From contig CAVOJZ010000002.1 of assembly GCA_963696395.1 (NCBI GenBank), positions 720,619 through 784,618 on the forward strand: a DNA stretch of 64,000 nt, in the 5' to 3' direction. This DNA is from an uncultured bacterium. Its GTDB lineage: Bacteria; Patescibacteriota; Minisyncoccia; UBA6257; 2-01-FULL-56-20. The notes beneath the pieces are model-generated. The model saw only the letters and a program-made list of their open reading frames with translations. It ran no database searches and was not told the DNA's origin. Of the stretch, positions 19,610 to 29,542 are shown one piece after another. A program made the translations under genes and the position numbers. The stretch's first letter is position 1; the number at the start of each line of letters is the position of its first letter.

Positions 19610-20716
19610 ATGGATATATTACGATCGGTGGGCGGATGGGCGGGTCGAGTGGCAGCTGGAGCAGCAATGGTTTTTGTTGCGAGCGTCGTCTTCCCCGCAG
19701 GTGTTTCGCATGCTCAGACCGCCGTTTCAATGAAAATTCAACCGGCGCTTTTCGAGCAAACGGTTAATCCCGGCGATAAATTTTCGACATCATTAACAGT
19801 CACAAACCCGGGAACCACCGCGAAGCAATTCTCGGTCGGTGTGCAGGATATCACCGGAATCGATCAGGCAGGTGAGCCGATCTTCAGCTCATCATCCGTT
19901 CCGGAATATGGCGTAAGCTCATGGGTGCAGCTTGGCGATACGGCAATAACGATTCCCGCGGGAGGGAGCGTTACCGTGCCATTCACGATAATGGTTCCGA
20001 AGAACGCCGGCCCCGGAGGGCATTACGGTGCGATTTTCATTTCCTCCGGCGCGACCCGGCCGCAATTTAACGGAACAGGACTTGGCTATGAAGTTGGTTC
20101 GCTCATTGAGCTTCGGATCGCCGGTGACGCGACCGAACAGGCGGAGATCAAAGAATTTTCAACCGACAAATCGTTGTATCAAACCCCGAATGTGACTTTT
20201 ACCGCCTCCGTCGCAGATGAGGGCAATATTCTTCTTCAGCCGCGGGGTCCGATCGATATCGTAAATATGTTTGGGCAGAAAGTGGGAACCGTTGTCATAA
20301 ACGACCAGGGTTCATCAATCTTCCCCGGCGATCAGCGCGCCTTCAATGTGACGTGGAACGGTGGCGGATTCATGTTTGGCCAATACAGCGCCGTTATGAC
20401 CTTGAATTATGGTGACACCGTAAATAAATCCATCTCGGCGTCATTGTCATTCTGGGTTGTTCCGATTATGCCGATCGTCGCTGTTCTCGCAAGCATCATA
20501 TTCTTTGTCCTGATATTCGTCTGGTCCGTTAAGGTGTATGTCCGCAAGCGCGTCCGATCCATGACCGGTGGTCGCCAGGAACGGTCATCTTCATCCGACG
20601 AAGAAACGTTGCTTTCGGGAGGCGGATTGCCACTCTCTCGCCTTGTATTCATCGTCATTGCGACCGCCATCTTCGCAGTCATTTTCTTGATCGCCCTATT
20701 CTTCTTCTTCGGATAA
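19610..20716 (+). CDS. DUF916-like membrane-anchored protein 3
   Basis: IQPA...SSWV...VPKNAGPGGHYGAI; DEGNILLQPRG; GQYSA; FWVVP; two C-terminal TMs. Confidence 0.75.
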   Translation: MDILRSVGGWAGRVAAGAAMVFVASVVFPAGVSHAQTAVSMKIQPALFEQTVNPGDKFSTSLTVTNPGTTAKQFSVGVQDITGIDQAGEPIFSSSSVPEYGVSSWVQLGDTAITIPAGGSVTVPFTIMVPKNAGPGGHYGAIFISSGATRPQFNGTGLGYEVGSLIELRIAGDATEQAEIKEFSTDKSLYQTPNVTFTASVADEGNILLQPRGPIDIVNMFGQKVGTVVINDQGSSIFPGDQRAFNVTWNGGGFMFGQYSAVMTLNYGDTVNKSISASLSFWVVPIMPIVAVLASIIFFVLIFVWSVKVYVRKRVRSMTGGRQERSSSSDEETLLSGGGLPLSRLVFIVIATAIFAVIFLIALFFFFG

Positions 20717-20723
20717 TAATTTC

Positions 20724-21095
20724 ATGAGAAAGCGGACGGTTTTGCTTCTCATCATGTTGGCGGGAGTCGCTTGTGTTTTCTTTTTTGTCGCTCGTGGGCG
20801 GGTTGCTTCACTTCCCAGCCTCATGGCGCAAATCGGCATAACGGTTGGCGTGGCACCGAATCCGTACAACACTTTAAACGATCAGCTTAATCAGGAACAG
20901 AATCAGCTGAATCAGCAGGCGGCCGATCTTGCGGCTCGCGAAGCGGCGCTCGCCAGTTCAACGGCCGCCGCCGATGCAGTTTCCTACACCGACTGGTATT
21001 TGAGTGCCGGGATTGCGGCCGTTGCGATTCTTGTTTCCCTGAATTTTTATCTTGATTGGCGGCGCGCCAAGCGGGAAGAAACACCTAAAGTGTAG
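20724..21095 (+). CDS. Small two-TM coiled-coil membrane protein
   Basis: Hydrophobic N- and C-termini flanking PNPYNTL..QL coiled coil; ends LNFYLDWRR. Confidence 0.72.
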   Translation: MRKRTVLLLIMLAGVACVFFFVARGRVASLPSLMAQIGITVGVAPNPYNTLNDQLNQEQNQLNQQAADLAAREAALASSTAAADAVSYTDWYLSAGIAAVAILVSLNFYLDWRRAKREETPKV

Positions 21096-21118
21096 TTTTC
21101 ATCATATATAATAGAAGG

Positions 21119-22804
21119 GTGAAGCATCGACTCCAAAGATTGAGTATTCTCACGGCGGCGTGCCTCGCCATTTTTTCTTTTGCGAAAGCGCTTCCGGTCG
21201 CGCATGCTTCCCAATTGTCGTTTGTGAGCGATACCATCAACGACTCCAGATTATCATGGCCCACCAACCACCAGATCGTTTTTAAGGTCCCGAGCGGCAT
21301 ACCGGCCTCCGGCCAGATTGTTGTCGCGTTTGAAGGGGCGCCGTTTTTCATCGATCCCTCGTTCAGCTATACCGACGTGGATCTTGCCGTATCCACGGTT
21401 TCGCCAACTTCCGGCTTTGTCGAAAGACCTCTCGCGGGCATCCCCGGTTTTTTAAATGACGGCGTTGCCATAACTCCAACGACGGGTCCCATCACTATCA
21501 CATTGGCATCCAGCGTGGGTATTCCAGCGGGTGCGTATGTTCGAATTATGCTTGGCACGAATGCTCCCGGCGGTGTGTACCAGATTACCAATCCGGCAAC
21601 GACGGCGTCCTATCGCATTCTTCTTAATACTTTCGATCAACTCGGAGGCAATCTTGATTATGGTGCGGCAATGGTTGCAATTCTGCCCGCGATTGGTGTT
21701 AGCGCAAACACCGATGTGGTAAATCCACCAGTACTATCTAACGGCATGCCCTCAGGAACGATCCCTTCGAACGTTTCGGGAGTGCTCGTTTCTTTCAATA
21801 CCGATACGTACGCGACGTGTCACTATGCAACGTCGTCCGGAATTTCCTATGACGATATGACAAACGTCACGGCCGACGATGAGCTCGGCACAACGCATAC
21901 TTTTAATGTCGACGGCATCACGCAAGGGACGACCTATACGTTTTATGCCCGGTGCGAAGACTTTGCAGGAAATAAAAATCCGAGTGATTATATTATTTCT
22001 TTTACCGCCGGTGATCCAACAGGCGCTCCCGGTTCGGGAGGAGGCGGAGGGGGAGGCGGCGGCGCACCATATCCACCCGGCGCGCCAGGGCCCTCGCTCA
22101 CGTTGAGTGGTTTTACCGTGCCCAACGCAACCATCGTCGTCTTGCAGGACGGATCGAAGATCGCGCCAGCCACCACTGCGGATAATGGGGGATCATTTTC
22201 AGTGAGTATCGCATCTCTCCCGCAAGGAACTTATTCCTTTACCATTCAGGCATTGGGAACCGGCTCAACCGTGATTTCTTCGTACACGGCGACCATAACG
22301 CTCATTACCGGAACGTCGAATAGTATTACCGGAATCGTGATGCCCCCGTGGATCGGATTCGCGACAAGCTCGGTAGCCCTTAATAAATTATTTGCAATGT
22401 CGGGTTTGGCCGAGCCTTCATCAACTATCGATATTGTCGTTACGAGTCAGGCGGGAGTGCGAGGCATTTTCGAGGCAACAACTTCCGCAAATCAAAGCGG
22501 CGCATGGGCGTATTCGCTTTCGACGGCCGGATTCCCGATGGACACGTACCAGGTGAAAGCGCGAGCATTCATAACCGGGCTCGCTGCAAGCAATTTTTCC
22601 ACGATATCCTTCCTTGGCGTCGGTGAAACTCCGGTGCCGAAACTGAAAATAGGGGATTTAAACGGTGATAACAAAGTGAATCTTGTGGACTTCTCAATCA
22701 TGCTCGCCCATTGGGGGACGAGCTATGCCCCGGCCGACTTAAATGACGATGGCATCGTCGACCTTCCGGATTTAAGCATTTTACTTTTCAACTGGACGGG
22801 CTGA
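21119..22804 (+). CDS. Secreted dockerin-domain protein 1
   Basis: GTG start 6 nt after TATAAT; N-domain resembles that of the 17150/18417 proteins; poly-Gly linker; Ig-like domains; duplicated GDLNGDNKVNLVDFS / ADLNDDGIVDLPDLS. Confidence 0.82.
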   Translation: MKHRLQRLSILTAACLAIFSFAKALPVAHASQLSFVSDTINDSRLSWPTNHQIVFKVPSGIPASGQIVVAFEGAPFFIDPSFSYTDVDLAVSTVSPTSGFVERPLAGIPGFLNDGVAITPTTGPITITLASSVGIPAGAYVRIMLGTNAPGGVYQITNPATTASYRILLNTFDQLGGNLDYGAAMVAILPAIGVSANTDVVNPPVLSNGMPSGTIPSNVSGVLVSFNTDTYATCHYATSSGISYDDMTNVTADDELGTTHTFNVDGITQGTTYTFYARCEDFAGNKNPSDYIISFTAGDPTGAPGSGGGGGGGGGAPYPPGAPGPSLTLSGFTVPNATIVVLQDGSKIAPATTADNGGSFSVSIASLPQGTYSFTIQALGTGSTVISSYTATITLITGTSNSITGIVMPPWIGFATSSVALNKLFAMSGLAEPSSTIDIVVTSQAGVRGIFEATTSANQSGAWAYSLSTAGFPMDTYQVKARAFITGLAASNFSTISFLGVGETPVPKLKIGDLNGDNKVNLVDFSIMLAHWGTSYAPADLNDDGIVDLPDLSILLFNWTG

Positions 22805-22844
22805 TTTGTTATACTGTCTTATATAGAGGTGTCTATGTATTGAT

Positions 22845-23411
22845 ATGAGCTCTTTCTACGAAAAATTATCGGTGAAATTTCAGGATGGCGGGATCTCGGC
22901 ACCCGGCACCGGCACCGCGCCCGCAAAAACGGTCACTTTTAATGCGACCGGAGACCGAACTTCGCCAAAAAAAGCTGACGTCCCAGCCGCAACTCCACCG
23001 ACTGACGTGACGCCGGACGGCGCCGACCCGATTGATGTCGACCTTTTTCAATCCGAAACGCGGACCGTTGTTTTTATGCAATTGAGTGGCATTCCGGCGA
23101 ATGAACTTGCGGTGACGGTAAGCGAGGAATCAAACACGATCATTGTTGAGGCAGCGCAAAAACGTCCGGGTCTGCCTCCGTTACCCGGCGCAAAAGAAGG
23201 GGAACCGCCAGAGAAAGGAATCTATGTTAAGGCGGAGGTAAAGTGGCGCTCGCTGTACCGCAAGATCTATCTCCCGGCACCGTTTGATATCAGCGAAGCG
23301 ACCGCCACGCTCGACAAGGGCGTGCTCATTATAGTGTTGCCGGCAAAACATCCGGGCGTCGGCAAAAAAATGGTGGTTCAGGAAATCCGGCACGATGAAC
23401 AGAAAAAATGA
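22845..23411 (+). CDS. Divergent Hsp20-family protein
   Basis: IDVDLFQ, YRKIYLP, ATLDKGVLIIVLP alpha-crystallin pattern. Confidence 0.75.
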   Translation: MSSFYEKLSVKFQDGGISAPGTGTAPAKTVTFNATGDRTSPKKADVPAATPPTDVTPDGADPIDVDLFQSETRTVVFMQLSGIPANELAVTVSEESNTIIVEAAQKRPGLPPLPGAKEGEPPEKGIYVKAEVKWRSLYRKIYLPAPFDISEATATLDKGVLIIVLPAKHPGVGKKMVVQEIRHDEQKK

Positions 23412-25186
23412 GGAAAGGGACATATCTTATTCTCGTCGCCCTTGGGTGGCTCATCGTTAGTCCGGGCATTTTTAATATCGCGGCGGCGCAAACGGCAGGA
23501 GGAAACGCCGCGCTCTCACTTTCACCTTCGAGCGGCTCGCACGCCGTCGGAGAAACGTTTACGGTGAGTGTCATGTTGGATTCCGGCGGCGGCGTGGGCG
23601 TAAATGCCGCCAATGGCGAATTGAGTTTTGACCCGACTCTCCTTGCGGTGCAAAGCGTTTCAAAAGACAATTCTATTTTTAATCTTTGGACGAGCAACCC
23701 TTCATTCTCGAATTCGCAGGGCACCGTTGATTATAGCGGCGGCAGCAACAATGCTTACACCGGAAATTCCGGGGATGTGGTTGATGTGACGTTTAAAGCG
23801 CTCGGTGCCGGCTCTGCGAATATAAAATTTGCATCGGCAAGCGCGCTTGCAGCCGATGGCCAGGGAACAAACGTCCTCGGCGGCACGACGGGCGCCGCCT
23901 ATACCATCGGAGGGGCGGCCGCAAAGCCGGCGGTGCCGGCATCGAATCCCGGATCCTCGCAGTCGCTCGCAAGCCCGGCGCAGGCTCCGTTCACGGTGAC
24001 GATCGCGGTCACATCTCCGACGCATCCGGATCCAAGTGCGTGGTACAACAACAACAGCCCGAATTTCACATGGGTACTCACGCCTGACGTTGCAGGCGTA
24101 AGCACTGCGCTCGATCAGAACCCGGGCACATATCCGAAGCGATCTTCTGCCGGCTTACTGTCGTCCAAGCAATATTCCGCCGTGCCGGAGGGGACATCGT
24201 ATTTCCATGTGCGTTTTGAAGATGCCCTTGGCGATTGGAGCGACCCAGTCAACTATCAGGTAAACATCGACGTGACGCCGCCGTTGCCCTTTACGGTGAG
24301 CGCTCTCACGGGTGCGGGTGTGAGCGGCAGGACCGAATTGATGTTCAATGCGACCGATACCGTTTCAGGGATCGATCATTACGTTGCAACGTTCGACGGA
24401 ACCATGTCGTCAACGATTGCATTGTCGGATGTCCAGAACGGCATATATACTGCTCCGCCGCTCCTGGCCGGCAAACATATTGTTGAAATAAGTGCATTCG
24501 ACAAGGCAGGCAATTATACGAGTGAAAATACCGAATTCACGATTTCCGGAGTTACGATGCCGGAGATCACTAATTTCCCAGCGACCGTCATCGAGAAATC
24601 TCCGATTGTTTTCGAAGGCATCGCCGACAGCGGGGCAAATGTTACGGTTGATATCAACGATGGCACCGGGAAAACGGTATCCGAGGGCAAGATGGTTGCC
24701 GATGAAACGGGCCATTGGCTGTACGCCGTCGAGAGCGGACTTTCAACCGGCAAGTATGCTCTCGGCGTTTCGATGGTTACAACGCAGGGTGCGTCCGTGA
24801 GTTCGACCGACAAATTGTTCCTCAATGTCATCATGGCCCCGTTCCTGGATCGATTCGGTTGGATCCTCATCATCCTTTTGCTGTCGTGCATCGGTGGACT
24901 TCTAACGTACGGCATGTACAAGAAGAAGATCCACGAAATGCAGCTCGCGCTTGCGAAACGGGAAAACGAAGAAGCGCGCGAAAAAACCAGGGCAGTGTTT
25001 GAAGCGCTGCGTGAGGAAATGGATGACCAGATCAGCCATATGGAAGGCGGTGCGGCGCAGGCGCAAGGTGAGGCCAAGCTTGAACCAGAGCGCGTCCTTG
25101 ATGAAGTGCGCAATGCGCTGGTGATTTCTGAGACGACCATTCAGAAGGAGATCGAGGACGTCAATAAGGCTCTCAATGAAGAATAA
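23408..25186 (+). CDS. Cohesin-domain protein 2 with Ig-like domains, TM and cytoplasmic coiled coil
   Basis: LSLSPSSG...GETFTVSV.LD...VNAANGELSFDP..L.V...SIFNLW; SPTHPD..WY; IDVTPP.PF; SGIDHY; TM; charged helical tail. Confidence 0.8.
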   Translation: MRKGTYLILVALGWLIVSPGIFNIAAAQTAGGNAALSLSPSSGSHAVGETFTVSVMLDSGGGVGVNAANGELSFDPTLLAVQSVSKDNSIFNLWTSNPSFSNSQGTVDYSGGSNNAYTGNSGDVVDVTFKALGAGSANIKFASASALAADGQGTNVLGGTTGAAYTIGGAAAKPAVPASNPGSSQSLASPAQAPFTVTIAVTSPTHPDPSAWYNNNSPNFTWVLTPDVAGVSTALDQNPGTYPKRSSAGLLSSKQYSAVPEGTSYFHVRFEDALGDWSDPVNYQVNIDVTPPLPFTVSALTGAGVSGRTELMFNATDTVSGIDHYVATFDGTMSSTIALSDVQNGIYTAPPLLAGKHIVEISAFDKAGNYTSENTEFTISGVTMPEITNFPATVIEKSPIVFEGIADSGANVTVDINDGTGKTVSEGKMVADETGHWLYAVESGLSTGKYALGVSMVTTQGASVSSTDKLFLNVIMAPFLDRFGWILIILLLSCIGGLLTYGMYKKKIHEMQLALAKRENEEAREKTRAVFEALREEMDDQISHMEGGAAQAQGEAKLEPERVLDEVRNALVISETTIQKEIEDVNKALNEE

Positions 25187-26930
25187 AAAAATAAGCGACT
25201 TTGGGCCGAGTTCGAAACCGCAAATAGTTATGTTGCGGGAGAGAATTTGGCGATTTGAAATCAGCCAAAGCAAAGTGAGGCGGTTTTTCCGTGACCACAA
25301 GCTGGGATCTATTATCGGACTTATCATTATCCTTTCCCTGATTGTGGTGCGGTTTGCGTTTGTCGGCTTTGCGAGCACGGCCGATTTTTATCCGTCGTCA
25401 TGTCTTGGCAACTGGGAAAATGTCCAAAACGCACTCGGAAAACCAGACCTTCCCCCTGGGGCGTCACAGGAAGCTTTTACGATGCTCAACTCGGCGTATT
25501 TCGGTACGAGCACGGCACAAATGTTCTGCGGAAATTTTACGGGCGACACGGACATTGCGGCGCTCACCGGCAAATCATTTCAGGAAGCCGACCTCATTCT
25601 CTCCTGGTCGTTTGTATTTCCGCAGGAAGCGACCACAACTCTTGCAACAACGACGGACTCAAGCACTGACGCAGGAGGGGGTGACGGCGGAGCCGATGAG
25701 ATCGCTCCTGAAGCAACATCAACGACTTCGACCGATCTTTCCTCCGCCTCATCTGACGCAAGCAGCATCTCAAGTTCAACAGATGAAAGCCTTCCGGTAG
25801 TAACTAGCACCGATGCAAGCGATTCACAGCCATTGCCACAGGATGTGAGTTCCAGTGATGCAACCGCGAGTGATGCGAGCGATGCCGCTCCTGCGGTAGC
25901 ACCGCCGGCGCCAGCGCCAACGACGACACAGGATGAATCTCCTGCGCCGGCTCCGGCTCCTGAACCTGCGTCAACGACCGATTCCGACGGGTCGGCTTCC
26001 GACAGTCAACCAACTTCGTGGTTGTGGAATTTTGTTGGCGTTGCATTTGCCGACGACTCGTCGTCGCTCGCGATCGATACGAGCACAGCAAGCTCCACCG
26101 ATTCATCAACGTCAATCGAGGCGACATCTTCGGCGGAAATCGGCGTGCCGGTGGAACCTCAGCCCGCACCGATCAGCGTGAACACTTCCCAGTTTCAAAA
26201 TATCGTTTTGCCGTCGAGTACCGCGAATGCGATTCTTGGTATCGTTTATTCGACGGACGGAGTGACATGGCAACCTGTCGTGAACATCGATGCTTCGAAC
26301 TGGCAGACCGCGCGTTATGTCATCCCCATACACTCATGGGTCGAACTCGAACATCTGCAGGTGGCTTTTGTCGGACTCGGTGCTTCCAGCTCGCCTCAGA
26401 TATTTCTCGATTCTGCGGGCGTCGAAGTGAGCTATGCCGACGCTCCACCGGATCCGAATACCGATACACAAGCAACCGATACGGTTTCGGAGGCTCCGTC
26501 TTCGACTGCCGGTCAGGTTATGCCGCCAACGCCGGTGCAACTTCCGCCAGTCCAGGCATTTAGGCAGGTTTTTTATCCTTTCGCCGGTCAGCAATGTTCC
26601 GTCATGCCTTTTTCCGAATCCATTCCGCCCGGCGGTGGCGGATCGTTTATTCTAAAACTCACTCCACCGGCCGCCGCAACGTCGTCGCTCAAAAAACCTC
26701 AGCAAAATAGCCCGCCGCTATACGACGCTTCACTTGGGGCGCTCCCCACCGGTATTTCCGCAGACATTATCCAGACGGGCCCCGGCATGGACACCGTTGG
26801 GGTGACAACAGCCCCCGATGTTCCACCGGGTTCTTATAACGCGGTCGTTGTATATAAAGAGCGACAACACGACGGAACGGTTGAGCCGAATTTTTGCCAG
26901 TTCAACATCGTGATAACGAGTCCGTCATAA
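25176..26930 (+). CDS. Membrane-anchored acidic low-complexity surface protein
   Basis: Basic N-terminus, TM, FYPSSCLGNW domain, long D/S/T/P-rich linker. Confidence 0.72.
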   Translation: MKNKKISDFGPSSKPQIVMLRERIWRFEISQSKVRRFFRDHKLGSIIGLIIILSLIVVRFAFVGFASTADFYPSSCLGNWENVQNALGKPDLPPGASQEAFTMLNSAYFGTSTAQMFCGNFTGDTDIAALTGKSFQEADLILSWSFVFPQEATTTLATTTDSSTDAGGGDGGADEIAPEATSTTSTDLSSASSDASSISSSTDESLPVVTSTDASDSQPLPQDVSSSDATASDASDAAPAVAPPAPAPTTTQDESPAPAPAPEPASTTDSDGSASDSQPTSWLWNFVGVAFADDSSSLAIDTSTASSTDSSTSIEATSSAEIGVPVEPQPAPISVNTSQFQNIVLPSSTANAILGIVYSTDGVTWQPVVNIDASNWQTARYVIPIHSWVELEHLQVAFVGLGASSSPQIFLDSAGVEVSYADAPPDPNTDTQATDTVSEAPSSTAGQVMPPTPVQLPPVQAFRQVFYPFAGQQCSVMPFSESIPPGGGGSFILKLTPPAAATSSLKKPQQNSPPLYDASLGALPTGISADIIQTGPGMDTVGVTTAPDVPPGSYNAVVVYKERQHDGTVEPNFCQFNIVITSPS

Positions 26931-26979
26931 TTGGGGGCGTTGTATACGTGGTAGAATAATTGGGTAATCATCCGGTTCT

Positions 26980-29517
26980 ATGACCCGCTATTTTTTAGTA
27001 TTTCTCATACTTGGCCTGTTTTTTTTCGTTCCACACGCCGAAGCGGCAACCTGGTATAACACGGCTTGGGGTTATCGAAATTTATTGACGATCAACGCTT
27101 CGAAGGTTTCATCGTCAAGCGTCACGACCTCAACTTACGTCAATTTTCCTGCCTTGGTGAGTTTTGCCACGAGCAGCCAGCTTGCATCGGCGGCGCAAGC
27201 GAGCGGTACCGACATTCTTTTTACCGACAGTGACGGCGCAACCTTATTGAACTTCGAAATCGAGCACTATACGAGTAGCACGGGAGAACTTGAAGCGTGG
27301 GTAAAAATACCGCTGGTTTCAACTTCCACGAATACAAATTTTTATATGTATTACGGGAATCCTTCCGCGACATCCAGTTTGCAAAACGTGACCGGAACAT
27401 GGAATAGCTATTACACATCGGTTTGGCACTTTCCGAGTATCAACGGCACCACAACCTTTTCGGCAAAAGACTCATCTGGAGACGGTAATAACGGCACCAT
27501 CGTCGGCGGTGCGACGAGTACGGTTGGGCAGATTGACGGCGCGGCAAATTTTAACGGGAAAAGCCAAGATATTACAACTCCCTATGTGCAAGTTTCGTCA
27601 ACTGCTTACACCGTTGAAGCCTGGATAAAAATTCCTTCGACTGCAACGACAACTCAAGTGATAGTAAATGACCGAGGCAGCGGCGCTGGCCACTCGCTCA
27701 CCCTCGCCCTCGACGGCAACCTTGCCTGCGGCAGCACATCCTGTGGCGGCACGCTTGGCAGCGTGGGAAGTCCGACCGGTAAGCTGATGTTCGGTGACGA
27801 CTCAAATAACATCTGGATCGGCACTGAGGCAAGCAACACAGCGATCAATGACGGTAACTGGCATTTCGTCGCCGGATCATGGACAGCGACTTCCGGCGTG
27901 GCCATTGCTCCAAGCCAGTTTAAGGTTTATGTCGACGGTGCGATACCGGTGACAGCGACATCAGGCAATACGGGAACCGACAGTTCGCCGCTGACCGGTC
28001 TTGCAAGTACTACGATCGCATACCATGCGCCATGGACCGCCTACTTCACGGGTGCGATCGACGAATTGCGCATCGCAGAAAAAAATTTGTCGGCCGCATG
28101 GATTGCGACCGAGTATAACAATCAAAAATCGCCCGCAACGTTCATCACGACCGCTCCGCAGGAGACCCCGCCGGCTTTCACGCAGTCCGATTTTCGATGG
28201 TTTGCAAACATTGCTTCGAGTTCCGTTGGATCGCCGCTTGCTGCGCAAAACACAACGACAACGGCGCAGTTGGTAACCAGCTCGACTTTTCGATTACGCA
28301 TGCTCATACGGGTGACCGGCAGTCAGCTCAATTCCAGTTCGCAAGCGTTCAATCTCCAATATGTGGATGCCGGGACCGGCAGTTGCACAGCTCCATCCGG
28401 GGGAAATCCGGCGAGTTATTCAAATATTTCAACATCAACCGGATTATTCCAGTATTTCAGCAATGCAGGCGTCACGGACGGTGGCCCTCTCGTGCCGACG
28501 AGCACCGATCCGGTTGACGGAACGAGCACAGTCGTCAACGAAACCTACGACCAATCCAATCCGTATTCGGATTCCCAGGGAGCGATACCGGCGACCGCGG
28601 ATGGAAAATGGGATTTTTCGCTTACCGACAGCGGGGCAAAAGTTGGGACAACCTATTGCTTCCGCGGGGTTACGGCGAGCGGCACTGCGTTTTCTTCTTA
28701 TGCCGTTTATCCAACGGTTGTGATTGGTAACGTCGCTCCAGCGGTTAGTGCGGTCACCTTGAATGGGAATAACAGCATTACCCTCATCGTCGCAACAACC
28801 ACTTTGATCCAGGCAACGGGGACGGTGAGTGACGGCAATGGATATACTGACATCGCGACAACCACTGCGGTAATCTATCGAACGAGCCTTGGCCAAAATT
28901 GTTCGCCTGATAATAACGACTGCTATATAACACCTGCTTGTTCTTTGAGCTCGTGCTTCGGGACGACGTGCAATGCCACGTGCGGCGCCCAGATATGGTA
29001 TTTTGCCCAACCAACCGACTCGGGAACACCGTGGTCGGGCGATTCATGGTCGGCGGCGATAAACGCAACCGATTTTTCAAATGCCACGGGGACAGCGACA
29101 AGCACCGGCGTCCAGCTTTTGTCGCTTCTCGGACTTCAGGTTGCGTCGTCAATCAGTTACGGATCTTTTATCCCCGGACAAACTATGGCTTCGCTCACGG
29201 TACCGGTCGCCATAACCTCAGTCGGTAATGTTTCCTTAAATGTCACATTGTATGGCACTAATATGACGAGCGGGGCAAACAGTGTTGCAGTTGGAAATCA
29301 ACACTACGCAACATCGGTCCTGTCTTTTGCGGCGGGCACTGCGTTGCTCGCCAATCCCGGCACGACTGTGGCGCTTGCAATACCCAAAACAACCTCGACG
29401 AATCCTGGAAGTACGCTTATAGATTGGGGAATTGCCATCCCGAGCCCCCAGGCGTCAGGGAATTTTACGGGAGTAAATACGTTTATCGGCGTGGAGAATT
29501 CGCTGCCGTGGCCATAA
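26980..29517 (+). CDS. Secreted DUF2341 + LamG-like protein with C-terminal WxL/fimbrial-like domain (putative adhesin)
   Basis: WYNTAWGYR, DILFTDSDG..LL.FEIE, AWVKIP, YMYYGN (DUF2341); DSSG.GNNGT, DGNWHFVA, F.G.IDELRI, WIATEYNNQ (LamG); C-terminal part shared with 33629. Confidence 0.8.
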   Translation: MTRYFLVFLILGLFFFVPHAEAATWYNTAWGYRNLLTINASKVSSSSVTTSTYVNFPALVSFATSSQLASAAQASGTDILFTDSDGATLLNFEIEHYTSSTGELEAWVKIPLVSTSTNTNFYMYYGNPSATSSLQNVTGTWNSYYTSVWHFPSINGTTTFSAKDSSGDGNNGTIVGGATSTVGQIDGAANFNGKSQDITTPYVQVSSTAYTVEAWIKIPSTATTTQVIVNDRGSGAGHSLTLALDGNLACGSTSCGGTLGSVGSPTGKLMFGDDSNNIWIGTEASNTAINDGNWHFVAGSWTATSGVAIAPSQFKVYVDGAIPVTATSGNTGTDSSPLTGLASTTIAYHAPWTAYFTGAIDELRIAEKNLSAAWIATEYNNQKSPATFITTAPQETPPAFTQSDFRWFANIASSSVGSPLAAQNTTTTAQLVTSSTFRLRMLIRVTGSQLNSSSQAFNLQYVDAGTGSCTAPSGGNPASYSNISTSTGLFQYFSNAGVTDGGPLVPTSTDPVDGTSTVVNETYDQSNPYSDSQGAIPATADGKWDFSLTDSGAKVGTTYCFRGVTASGTAFSSYAVYPTVVIGNVAPAVSAVTLNGNNSITLIVATTTLIQATGTVSDGNGYTDIATTTAVIYRTSLGQNCSPDNNDCYITPACSLSSCFGTTCNATCGAQIWYFAQPTDSGTPWSGDSWSAAINATDFSNATGTATSTGVQLLSLLGLQVASSISYGSFIPGQTMASLTVPVAITSVGNVSLNVTLYGTNMTSGANSVAVGNQHYATSVLSFAAGTALLANPGTTVALAIPKTTSTNPGSTLIDWGIAIPSPQASGNFTGVNTFIGVENSLPWP

Positions 29518-29542
29518 TTATGCATGGTAAAATGAAAGTATT

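Noticed and set aside
22036-22063. G-rich tracts (also near 36985-37015 and 7440-7560) as phase-variable repeats
   Set aside because: They encode in-frame poly-Gly linkers with mixed codons; no long homopolymer and the frames are intact.
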